The notes under the pieces: model-generated
The model's database searches: none
What the model was told of the DNA's origin: nothing
Seen by the model: only the letters and a program-made list of their open reading frames with translations
Translations under genes and position numbers: made by a program
Shown here: piece after piece, positions 51,216 to 59,135 of the stretch
Layout of the letters: each line of letters begins with the position of its first letter
Position numbering within the stretch: position 1 is the first letter of the stretch
NCBI GenBank assembly: GCA_963828745.1
Contig: CAWHFZ010000010.1
Span: 157,221-221,220, forward strand
Origin: Vicinamibacteria bacterium
Lineage (GTDB): Bacteria; Acidobacteriota; Vicinamibacteria; Vicinamibacterales; JAENWD01
Reading direction: 5' to 3'
Length of the DNA stretch: 64,000 nt

Positions 51216-52097
51216 ATGTCAAAGGCTGCGGACGGTCCGGGATTCGCGTTGGGCGTGCTGTCTCGCACGTGGTCGCGCGTCGAAGCGGGCGACGTGGACG
51301 CCGTGCATCGCTCTCGCGTCGCCACCCGCCGTCTTCGCGAAGCGTTGCCGCTCGTCAAAGGCCGCGGCCGCGAGCGCCGCCGGCTGCGTCGCGAGCTGCG
51401 GAGCGTGACGCGATCGCTCGGGCCGATCCGCGAGCTCGACGTCGCGCTGTCGCTCGCCGGCACGCTTGCGATCGATTGGCCCGATCTGGCGTCGGCGCTC
51501 GATCAGGTCACCGGACGATTGCACGAGCTGCGCGCGCGGCGCCGCGCGCGCCTGATCAGGAAAGTCAGCCGCGCCGATATTGAGAATCTCGTCGAGCGTG
51601 TCGAGGCGCTGCTGGCGCAGGCTCGTCGTCCCAATGCCTTACGTCCATCGATCGATCGGCCGCGGCTCGCGGAACGCATCGCCAGCCGCGCCGCTACCAC
51701 TCGAGATGCCGCCGAGCGGGCGGGCGCCCTCTATGCGCCCGAAGCGCTGCACGCGGTGCGGATCGCCACCAAGAAGCTGCGGTATGCCCTGGAAGTTGCG
51801 CGCGCCGTGCGCATCGTTGGCGCGGCAAGTGCGGCTCGCCGCCTGAAACAGTATCAGGATCTCCTCGGCCTCCTGCACGATCTCCAGGTATTCTCGTCGC
51901 ACGTGACGCGTCTGCAGACACGTCACGCCGTCGACGAGCCCGATCTGGCGACGTTGTCCGATTTGCTGATGCACCTCGAAGATCGCTGCCGCGAGCTGCA
52001 CGCCGCGTTCGTCGCGCAGCGCGGCGCCCTCGTCACGCTCTGCGACGACGTCGAGGGTGTGTTCGCGCGGCTCGGAGCCGCTACGCGGTCGTCATGA
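51216..52097 (+). CDS. CHAD-domain protein
   Basis: 293 aa with paired CHAD helices (VHRSRVATRRLREALPL, LHAVRIATKKLRYALEV, LGLLHDLQV). Confidence 0.82.
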   Translation: MSKAADGPGFALGVLSRTWSRVEAGDVDAVHRSRVATRRLREALPLVKGRGRERRRLRRELRSVTRSLGPIRELDVALSLAGTLAIDWPDLASALDQVTGRLHELRARRRARLIRKVSRADIENLVERVEALLAQARRPNALRPSIDRPRLAERIASRAATTRDAAERAGALYAPEALHAVRIATKKLRYALEVARAVRIVGAASAARRLKQYQDLLGLLHDLQVFSSHVTRLQTRHAVDEPDLATLSDLLMHLEDRCRELHAAFVAQRGALVTLCDDVEGVFARLGAATRSS

Positions 52098-52606
52098 GCG
52101 TCGCGCGCGATCTCGAGCTTTATCTGGTCCGTCACGCGCCCGCTGCGGAGCGGGGACCAGAGTGGCCAGACGACAGCGCCCGGCCGCTGACGCCCAGTGG
52201 GGCCGCAAAATTCGGCAAGGCCGTCGCCGGTCTCGCAGCGCTCGGTGCACAGATCGACTTGATCCTCACCAGTCCATTCGTGCGGTGCCGGCAGACCGCC
52301 GACATCCTGGCCAGCGGTTTACCCGGCAGGCCGCGAGTGCAGGCGCTCGACGCGCTGGCTCCGGGCGGAGGCCATGCCGCCGTGATCGCCGAAGCCGCGC
52401 GTGTCGCCAAGCGCCCGCGCGTCGCGCTCGTCGGCCACGAACCGGACATCGGTCACCTGGCGTCGAAGCTCCTGGGCATGCGCCGCGCACTCGAATTCCG
52501 CAAGGGCGCCATCTGCCGGATCGACGTGGATGGTCTTCCTCCCGGCGGCCCTGGCCGACTCGCGTGGTTCGCCACGCCGCGCATGCTTCGTCGAATGGCG
52601 CCCTGA
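52094..52606 (+). CDS. sixA: phosphohistidine phosphatase SixA
   Basis: 170 aa. LYLVRHAPA (RH motif), LTSPFVRCRQTA and LVGHEPDIGHL. ATGA overlap with the CHAD gene. Confidence 0.82.
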   Translation: MSVARDLELYLVRHAPAAERGPEWPDDSARPLTPSGAAKFGKAVAGLAALGAQIDLILTSPFVRCRQTADILASGLPGRPRVQALDALAPGGGHAAVIAEAARVAKRPRVALVGHEPDIGHLASKLLGMRRALEFRKGAICRIDVDGLPPGGPGRLAWFATPRMLRRMAP

Positions 52607-52619
52607 TACGCGTGCCTCC

Positions 52620-53510
52620 GTGCGTGTCTCCGTCGTCATCAATCCCGTCGCGGGTGTGCGGGGCGCGTCGCTCAATCGCGCTCGCCGTCGCGCAGAACTC
52701 GCGTTCGAGCTGCTGACTGCCGAAGGCGCGGATCCCGAAATCCTGATCACCGAACGCCATGGACACGCGAGAGAGCTCGCGCATGGCGCCGTCGAGCGCG
52801 GCTCGCGTCTCGTGATCGCATGGGGCGGCGACGGCACCGTCAACGAGGTCGCCAGCGCGCTTGCGTTTACGAGTGCCGCACTCGGCGTCATCCCTGGCGG
52901 ATCGGGCAATGGCCTCGCGCGAATGATTGGAATGCCCTCGGATCCGCGAGTGGCGCTGCCCCGATTGATGCGAGGTCGCGACCAGGCGATCGATGTCGGC
53001 GAAGCGAACGGGCGCCTTTTCGTCAATGTGGCCGGCGTCGGATTCGACGCACACGTCGCCGGCTGCTTCGCGCGGATCGGCCGCGAGCGCCGCGGCTTTC
53101 TGAAATACGCAACCATCGTCCTTACCGAGCTCGGACGATACCAGCCGCAGGCCTATGCGCTCGAACTCGACGCCGAGGCGACCGAATGCAATGCGGCATT
53201 CCTGCTCTCGTTCGCCAATGGACGGCAGTGGGGGAACGGAGCGGTGATAGCGCCTGAGGCGCGGCTGGACGACGGCTTCCTGGATGCGGTTCTGGTGCAG
53301 ACGCGTAACCGGGCGGGCGTTATCAAAGCGATCCCTCGACTGTTTTCCGGCACCGTCGATCGCGCCGCTGGCGTGACCATCCGCCGGATACGAGCGGCGC
53401 GGGTCTCATCCGATCGGCCTCTTTCGCTTCACGTGGATGGAGAAGCCGTCGAATGCACCGAGACGCTGGCGGTTCACGTTCATCCCGCTGCACTGCGCGT
53501 ACGGCAGTAG
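52620..53510 (+). CDS. diacylglycerol kinase-family lipid kinase (YegS/BmrU-like)
   Basis: GTG at 52620. VSVVINPVAG, VIAWGGDGTVNEV, GVIPGGSGNGLAR. Confidence 0.82.
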   Translation: MRVSVVINPVAGVRGASLNRARRRAELAFELLTAEGADPEILITERHGHARELAHGAVERGSRLVIAWGGDGTVNEVASALAFTSAALGVIPGGSGNGLARMIGMPSDPRVALPRLMRGRDQAIDVGEANGRLFVNVAGVGFDAHVAGCFARIGRERRGFLKYATIVLTELGRYQPQAYALELDAEATECNAAFLLSFANGRQWGNGAVIAPEARLDDGFLDAVLVQTRNRAGVIKAIPRLFSGTVDRAAGVTIRRIRAARVSSDRPLSLHVDGEAVECTETLAVHVHPAALRVRQ

Positions 53511-53661
53511 ACGAAAAGCGAAAGTCTGCAGAGTTTGAAGGATATATATGGCGAAAGCGGTCGCCCTGCAGGGTTTACACAATGTTTACAGCGGGGCCCC
53601 GGCAGGTGATCCAAGATCGAGGGAATCACAACAAAGTAAACGACGAATGCGGAGTCATCAG

Positions 53662-53871
53662 ATGTACGAGCGCAGTCTTACTTACGACGGTCATACCCGC
53701 CGATTCCAGATCGTTGCCGCCGGCGCGTCAGGCTGGGAGGTACGTGAGGAGCAGGACAGTCACGTGGTTCGCGCGAAGATCTACGACGACTGGCACCGCG
53801 TCGAGCGTGCGCGCACCATCTTCCAGGCGGAAGTTCACAGCCTCGAAAAGGCTGGATGGGTCGCGAACTGA
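53662..53871 (+). CDS. small hypothetical protein (69 aa)
   Basis: ATG at 53662 with GGAG 8-11 nt upstream. MYERSLTYDGHTRRFQIVAAGASGWEVREEQ..HSLEKAGWVAN. Followed by an intrinsic terminator. The upstream part of ORF 53548 lies in low-GC leader DNA. Confidence 0.5.
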   Translation: MYERSLTYDGHTRRFQIVAAGASGWEVREEQDSHVVRAKIYDDWHRVERARTIFQAEVHSLEKAGWVAN

Positions 53872-53918
53872 TTTGACCTGCCCGGCGCACGCCAAGCGCC
53901 GCAACACGCGATTTCACG

Positions 53919-53944
53919 AGGGCGCACGAGAGTGCGCCCTTTTT
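53919..53944. terminator. rho-independent terminator, potentially bidirectional
   Basis: AGGGCGCAC-GAGA-GTGCGCCCT followed by TTTT. It lies between convergent genes, and the T-tract touches the regulator stop at 53944. Confidence 0.75.
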
Positions 53945-54636
53945 CATTCCACGAATCGGTAGCCGAGACCGACCACCGTCTCAATCTGGCGGCCTACCGG
54001 ACCGAGCTTTCCGCGAAGCCGTCCGACGTGCACGTCGACCGAGCGGGTTTCGATCAGGCGGTCGTAGCCCCAGACTCGTTCCAGTAACCGATCCCGCGAC
54101 AGCACCCGATTCCGATTTTCGACCAGATAGCGGAGCAGCTCGAATTCGCGCCGCGTCAGGCGAATCGCGCGGCCTTCGACGCTGACTGCCACGGCGTCGA
54201 AATCCGCCGTCAGATACTTGCCGCGGTAGACGGCCGCCTCAGCAGGCGCACCGTCGGGCTTCCCGCGGCGGAGAACGGCACGGACGCGGGCAGCGAGCTC
54301 GCGGAGGCTGAATGGCTTGGTGACGTAGTCGTCGGCGCCGACGTCGAGCCCCGTCACGCGATCGGACTCGCTCGTTTTCGCCGTCAACATGATGATCGGC
54401 ACGCGCGACGTATTCGGCCGGGCGCGAAGAATGCGGCACACTTCGAGTCCGCCGACGACCGGGAGGTTGAGGTCGAGAATGATCAGATCGGGCGGGCGAT
54501 CCAGCACATGCTTGAGCGCGACGTCGCCGGATCCGACCGTTTCCGCCTCGACGTCACCGCCACGCTCGAGCGTGTGCTTGATCAGGCCGGCAATATCTTG
54601 CTCGTCTTCGACGATAAGCACTCGCGTTTTCTGCAC
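53944..54636 (-). CDS. OmpR/PhoB-family winged-helix response regulator (no adjacent kinase)
   Basis: 230 aa. VLIVEDEQDIAGLI..DLIILDLNLPVVGGLEVC..MLTAK. C-terminus LTRREFELLRYL..VDVHVGRLRGKL..GLGYRF. Confidence 0.88.
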   Translation of the reverse strand: MQKTRVLIVEDEQDIAGLIKHTLERGGDVEAETVGSGDVALKHVLDRPPDLIILDLNLPVVGGLEVCRILRARPNTSRVPIIMLTAKTSESDRVTGLDVGADDYVTKPFSLRELAARVRAVLRRGKPDGAPAEAAVYRGKYLTADFDAVAVSVEGRAIRLTRREFELLRYLVENRNRVLSRDRLLERVWGYDRLIETRSVDVHVGRLRGKLGPVGRQIETVVGLGYRFVE

Positions 54637-54695
54637 GACACTCTGACCCTACTGTCGGCAAATTTCGCGCACGTGTCGCAGAGGTTAAATCTGAG

Positions 54696-55964
54696 TTACA
54701 CGACCGTCCCCGCCTTGACGACGCCTCCCTTGGGCACGACGATGATGCCCGAACGGATGTGCCAGCCGTCGCCGTCGGCTTCCTGAAGCCCCTGCTCGTT
54801 GACCAGCCGGCACCCGTCGCCGATCCGGGCGTTCTTGTCCACGATGGCGCGGTCAATCGTGACGTCGCGGCCGATACCCAGGCGCGGCGTGTCGCCAAGC
54901 CCCAGCGCATCCTCTTCCGTCTCGAAAAAATCGGCACCGACCAGGACGCTGCGTGAGATCGCGGCGCCCCGGCGCACCACGGCACGCACGCCGAGCACCG
55001 ATTCGATGATCGTGCCGTTCTCGAGCGTGCACCCCTCGGTAAGGATTGAGTCGCGCAGGGTGCAGTCCTGGACTCGTGCCGGCGGCAACGTGCGCGCACG
55101 CGTGAAGATCGGCCGCTTCGGGTCGTGAAAGCGGAAGGGCGTGTCGTGTTTCGTGAGCATCAGGTTCGCGTCGTAATACGCGCCGATCGTGCCGACGTCG
55201 GCCCAGTAGCCGCGATGCAGGAACGCGTTGACCCGGTACCGGCCCAGAGCCGCGGGGATGATCTCTTTGCCGAAGTCGATGCCGTCCTGCTCGAGCACTT
55301 CCAGCAGCACCTGGCGTGAGAACACGTAGATGCCCATCGACGCCACGAACGGCTTCTCGGGGGGCGTCGTAAGAAAGGCGCCGCCTGTCGGGAGCGAGCC
55401 GCCCATTTCACCGAGCCGCGCGCGAGTCGGCTTCTCCTCGAACGCGACGATCTGACCGGCGCGATCGAAACGGAAGATCCCCATCTCCGCCGCGTCTGTC
55501 GGCGTCACGGGCTGAGCAGCGATCGTGATGTCGGCGCCACGCTCCGTGTGCGCCTCGACCAGTTCCGCGTAGTCCATACGGTAAAGGTGATCGCCGGCAA
55601 GGATCAGGTAGTAGTCGGCGTCGTGTTGCTCGAAGTGGCGGCGGGCCTGGCGCACTGCGTCCGCCGTGCCCTGGAACCAATGGCTGCTGTCAGGTGTCTG
55701 CTCGGCCGCGAGGATCTCGACGAACCCCTCGCTGAATTGGTCGAGTCGATAGGTCAGTCCGATGTGACGGTTCAACGATGCCGAGTTGAACTGCGTCAAC
55801 ACCAGGATCCGACGAAGCTCGGAATGCAGGCAGCTGCTGATCGGAATATCGATGAGCCGGTACTTGCCGCCGATCGGGACGGCCGGTTTCGAGCGGGAAT
55901 GTGTCAGCGGAAACAGTCGAGTACCGCGGCCTCCGCCGAGGATGATCGCCAGAACGTCGCGCAT
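54696..55964 (-). CDS. glgC: glucose-1-phosphate adenylyltransferase
   Basis: 422 aa. AIILGGGRGTRLFPLTHSRSKPAVPIGGKYRLIDIPISSCLHS, WFQGTADAV, and a left-handed beta-helix C-terminus. Confidence 0.9.
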   Translation of the reverse strand: MRDVLAIILGGGRGTRLFPLTHSRSKPAVPIGGKYRLIDIPISSCLHSELRRILVLTQFNSASLNRHIGLTYRLDQFSEGFVEILAAEQTPDSSHWFQGTADAVRQARRHFEQHDADYYLILAGDHLYRMDYAELVEAHTERGADITIAAQPVTPTDAAEMGIFRFDRAGQIVAFEEKPTRARLGEMGGSLPTGGAFLTTPPEKPFVASMGIYVFSRQVLLEVLEQDGIDFGKEIIPAALGRYRVNAFLHRGYWADVGTIGAYYDANLMLTKHDTPFRFHDPKRPIFTRARTLPPARVQDCTLRDSILTEGCTLENGTIIESVLGVRAVVRRGAAISRSVLVGADFFETEEDALGLGDTPRLGIGRDVTIDRAIVDKNARIGDGCRLVNEQGLQEADGDGWHIRSGIIVVPKGGVVKAGTVV

Positions 55965-55988
55965 GCGGGGAAGCTTAGCAAAATTGCG

Positions 55989-56016
55989 GATTGCCGATTG
56001 GGGATTGGGGATTGGG
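55989..56016 (+). repeat. short tandem heptamer array (GGGGATT)n
   Basis: gattgccgattggggattggggattggg, in the divergent glgC / GT2 intergenic region. Confidence 0.6.
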
Positions 56017-56131
56017 CTCTTGCCTTAGATTTTCCGCGGGCGTCACGCGTCCTTGATCCCTGCGTTACACGTCTCCCGTAGGCTGGGGACGATGCGGTTG
56101 GGACGGACGCGCCGCCTGGCGGCGAAGGCGA

Positions 56132-56863
56132 ATGACGATTAGCGTGATCGTTTGCGCCTACAACGAGGCCGGATATCTGGCCTCGTGCCTCCATTCGCTT
56201 CTCGCACAAAGCCGCCGGCCCGACGAGCTGCTGGTCGTCAACAACGCGAGCACCGACGACACCGCGCTCGTCGCCCGCGGGATCGGGGGCGCGCGAGTCA
56301 TCGACGAGCGACGCAAAGGCCTGGTGCGGGCGCGGGAAACCGGTCGCCGCGCCGCCACCGGCGACTTGCTCGTCTACCTCGATGCCGACTGCAGGGCGCC
56401 GTTGACCTGGCTGGAGCGCGTGGAACGGCGATTCGTTCGCGATCCCGCTATCGTGGCGACGTCGGGGCCCTACCGCTTCTACGACTGGGACTGGGTGGGC
56501 CGCACGATGATCCGCGCCTACGACCTCACCGTCGCACCGCTCACGCAGCTCCTCGTCTATCGTCTCCTCGGCATCGGCACGCTCTTCTACGGCGGCAATT
56601 TCGCGGTCCGTCGTGAGGCCCTCGACGCGATCGGCGGCTTCGATACCGCGATCGAGTTCCATGGCGAGGACACGAATCTCGGGCGCCGTCTGGTTCGCGT
56701 CGGCAAGGTCAGCATGGCGCCGGAGTGCTGGCTTTACACCTCGGCCCGCCGCTACCGCGCGATGGGCAAGCGCCACGTCGTCCGTCTCTATGTTCGTAAC
56801 TTCTGGTCCGAGCTCGTGCATCACCGGCCGCGGGACCGGCAGCACGTGGATGTGAGGATCTGA
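56132..56863 (+). CDS. glycosyltransferase family 2
   Basis: 243 aa. ISVIVCAYNEAGYLASCLHSLLAQ, VVNNASTDDT, YLDADC. Confidence 0.85.
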   Translation: MTISVIVCAYNEAGYLASCLHSLLAQSRRPDELLVVNNASTDDTALVARGIGGARVIDERRKGLVRARETGRRAATGDLLVYLDADCRAPLTWLERVERRFVRDPAIVATSGPYRFYDWDWVGRTMIRAYDLTVAPLTQLLVYRLLGIGTLFYGGNFAVRREALDAIGGFDTAIEFHGEDTNLGRRLVRVGKVSMAPECWLYTSARRYRAMGKRHVVRLYVRNFWSELVHHRPRDRQHVDVRI

Positions 56864-56865
56864 CT

Positions 56866-57681
56866 GTGCCCGGATACGAACCGTTTCTCCTCTGTGATTT
56901 CCACGTGCACACGCGCTGGAGCGACGGGCGCCTCAGCCTGCGCGACACCATCGACCTCTACGGACGGACCGGGAAGTTCGACGTCATCGCGATCACCGAT
57001 CACATCCTGATGAAGCGGGATCTGCTCGCGCGTGCCGGGCGCGTTGCTACGCTGGGACGATGCAGTTTCGGCATCGCCGAGGATCAGTTCCAGGCGTATC
57101 TCGAAGACATCGCCCGAGAGGCCGAGCGGGCTCGCCGCGAGTACGACCTCCTGGTGGTACCGGGAGCCGAGATCACGCAGAACAAGCTGCGCGGGAAGAA
57201 GAACGCGCATATTATCGCGCTCGACCTCAAGCGCTACATCTCGGCAGACCAGACCCCCGACGACATCCTCAAGGAAATTCGGCGGCAGGGCGCGCTGAGC
57301 ATCGCCTGTCATCCGCATCACCGCGCTGTGCGACGGCTCGAGATCAGCACCTGCTACCTCTGGGATCACCGCTCGGCGCTCGCGGGCCTCGTGGACGTGT
57401 GGGAAGCAGCGAATCGCGACGATCTGTTCTCGGTCACCAGTCTCAAGCACTTCCCATACGTGGCGGGCAGCGACTTCCACAAGCCGAAGCACCTCTACTC
57501 GTGGAAAACGTTGCTGCGCGCCGAGAAGGAATGGCCCGCGATCCGGAAAGCGCTCTGCGCCAACGTCGACGTCGCGTTGACACTGTTCCGCAAGGAATCG
57601 TGGAAGCCGGAGGGAACCGCGTGGACCGGCGCGCTTCGCCCCGCGGCGCTGGGACGATTGCGGTTGCGCGCCGCGAGGTAG
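56866..57681 (+). CDS. PHP-domain metal-dependent phosphoesterase
   Basis: 271 aa, GTG start 2 nt after the GT2 stop. CDFHVHTRWSDG, IAITDH, ACHPHH. Confidence 0.8.
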   Translation: MPGYEPFLLCDFHVHTRWSDGRLSLRDTIDLYGRTGKFDVIAITDHILMKRDLLARAGRVATLGRCSFGIAEDQFQAYLEDIAREAERARREYDLLVVPGAEITQNKLRGKKNAHIIALDLKRYISADQTPDDILKEIRRQGALSIACHPHHRAVRRLEISTCYLWDHRSALAGLVDVWEAANRDDLFSVTSLKHFPYVAGSDFHKPKHLYSWKTLLRAEKEWPAIRKALCANVDVALTLFRKESWKPEGTAWTGALRPAALGRLRLRAAR

Positions 57682-57805
57682 GGCGGCGCGCGAGCGCAGG
57701 AGCCGTCCGCGGCCGGTGGCCGGTCGACTGGTTCGTCCTCAGCAAGCGAATGTCTTGCGGCACGAACCCCACAGTCGCCGTCCACCGGGCGCGGACGTCG
57801 TCGCC

Positions 57806-58406
57806 GTCACGGACTGACTGCGACAATCCTGGTCACGGACCAACACGATCGAATCACGTCACTGATTGCGCGGATCAAATAAGGGTCACGGACGGATACC
57901 GGCAACCCCCGGTCACGGGCGGCACTGACAGAACGGGAGGCCGAGGTTCGATCGATCGGCGCCCTGTGGGCCGCGCGGACAATGCCCGTCACTGACAGCG
58001 CGGATAGTGCCTGTCATGGACCGTAGGGACAAGCGAGAAATCGCAGGTACGACGGTCAGATTACAGTCTTACTAATCCAGTTGATTGTCGCCCTGTGGCG
58101 CCGGCCGCGAAGGCGGCCGGCGGAGTGAAGCAGACGGTCTGAGGGAGAACCGCACGAGATGTTGCAGCGGCTCTCCCTCAGGCCGTTTGCTTCACTCCCG
58201 AGCAGCACTTCGTGCTGCGCCTCAGGGCGACACGTCGTATTCGCGCTCGTCAGCACTGCGATCTCTCGCTTGTCCGCGCGGTCCGTGACAAGCATTATCC
58301 GCGCGTATCCGTGACGGGCATGGTCCTTGACAGCTATTGTCCGTGCTGTCCGTGACAGGTGTTGTCCGTGCTGTCCGCGGCAGGCCCGGTCCGCGGTGTC
58401 CGTGAC
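57806..58406. repeat. ~600-bp foldback region: GTCACGGAC motifs on the left, GTCCGTGAC motifs on the right, ~70-bp core inverted arms
   Basis: Outermost motifs GTCACGGAC (57806) and GTCCGTGAC (58398-58406) are reverse complements. Arms 57977-58046 and 58256-58326 align at roughly 85 percent as reverse complements by eye (e.g. ggacaagcgagaaatcgcag vs ggacaagcgagagatcgcag). Confidence 0.75.
58087..58231 (+). other. multi-hairpin core (candidate structured RNA or DNA cruciform) at the centre of the foldback
   Basis: Outer stem GTCGCCCTGTGGCGC / GCGCCTCAGGGCGAC. Inner hairpins: CCGGCCGC-GAAG-GCGGCCGG (58101-58120); 32-nt arms 58122-58153 / 58167-58198 with 29 Watson-Crick pairs, 2 G-T pairs and 1 A-C when read on the + strand; and GCAGCAC-TTC-GTGCTGC. 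Confidence 0.5.
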
Positions 58407-58408
58407 CC

Positions 58409-59047
58409 CTAGCGCTTGTACGTGATCGAGACCCCCGCCGAACTCGACGTGTCGATCGTCGTCTCGCCGTCCGGCAGCGCGCGGACGCGGGTCAGGAATT
58501 CGCCGATCCCGCTCATGCCCGGACTCGAGACATTGTGGGCCGTGAAGCAACCGCCCCGCCGAAGCTTCGGCCAAAGCGCGTCGAGGTACTTCGTGTACCA
58601 CTCCTTGTCCGCGTCGGAGAACACGAAGTCGATCGGTCCCTCGAGCCGGGGCACGATCTGGTGCGCATCGCCGAGCCTGGCATCGATGTACTCAGAGAGC
58701 CCGGCGTCACGAAAATTGGCCACCGCGATGTTGTGACGCCGCTCGTCGATATCGATCGTCACGAGCTTGCCGCCAGTCTTGCTGAGCGCCCACGCAATCC
58801 AGATCCCTGAGTGTCCTGTCGACGTGCCAATCTCCACGGCCCGCTGATACCGATGTTTCAGAACCAGGTCGTGCAGCGTCCGGCCATCGATTTCGGGTAC
58901 GTTCAGATCGTGCCAGTCGTCCTGGTGCCGATCGAGAAACGCCCGGACGCGCTGATCCAGACCTGATGCGCTCGCCGACTGCGAGGGCGGTGTCGGAAGT
59001 AGAGCGATCAGCGTGGCGCTTACGATCAAGAGCGAAAGTGATGGCAT
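58409..59047 (-). CDS. secreted class I SAM-dependent O-methyltransferase (caffeoyl-CoA OMT-like)
   Basis: 212 aa with a signal peptide. AVEIGTSTGHSGIWIAWAL, LVTIDIDERRHNIA, DFVFSDADKEWY. Confidence 0.8.
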   Translation of the reverse strand: MPSLSLLIVSATLIALLPTPPSQSASASGLDQRVRAFLDRHQDDWHDLNVPEIDGRTLHDLVLKHRYQRAVEIGTSTGHSGIWIAWALSKTGGKLVTIDIDERRHNIAVANFRDAGLSEYIDARLGDAHQIVPRLEGPIDFVFSDADKEWYTKYLDALWPKLRRGGCFTAHNVSSPGMSGIGEFLTRVRALPDGETTIDTSSSAGVSITYKR

Positions 59048-59135
59048 GATGATGGGCCGCTCGGTTCTGCGTCCGGCAGGCGACCGTCCACAGGAATGTA
59101 CTACGAAGCCGCCACTCTGAATTACGATTCACAAG

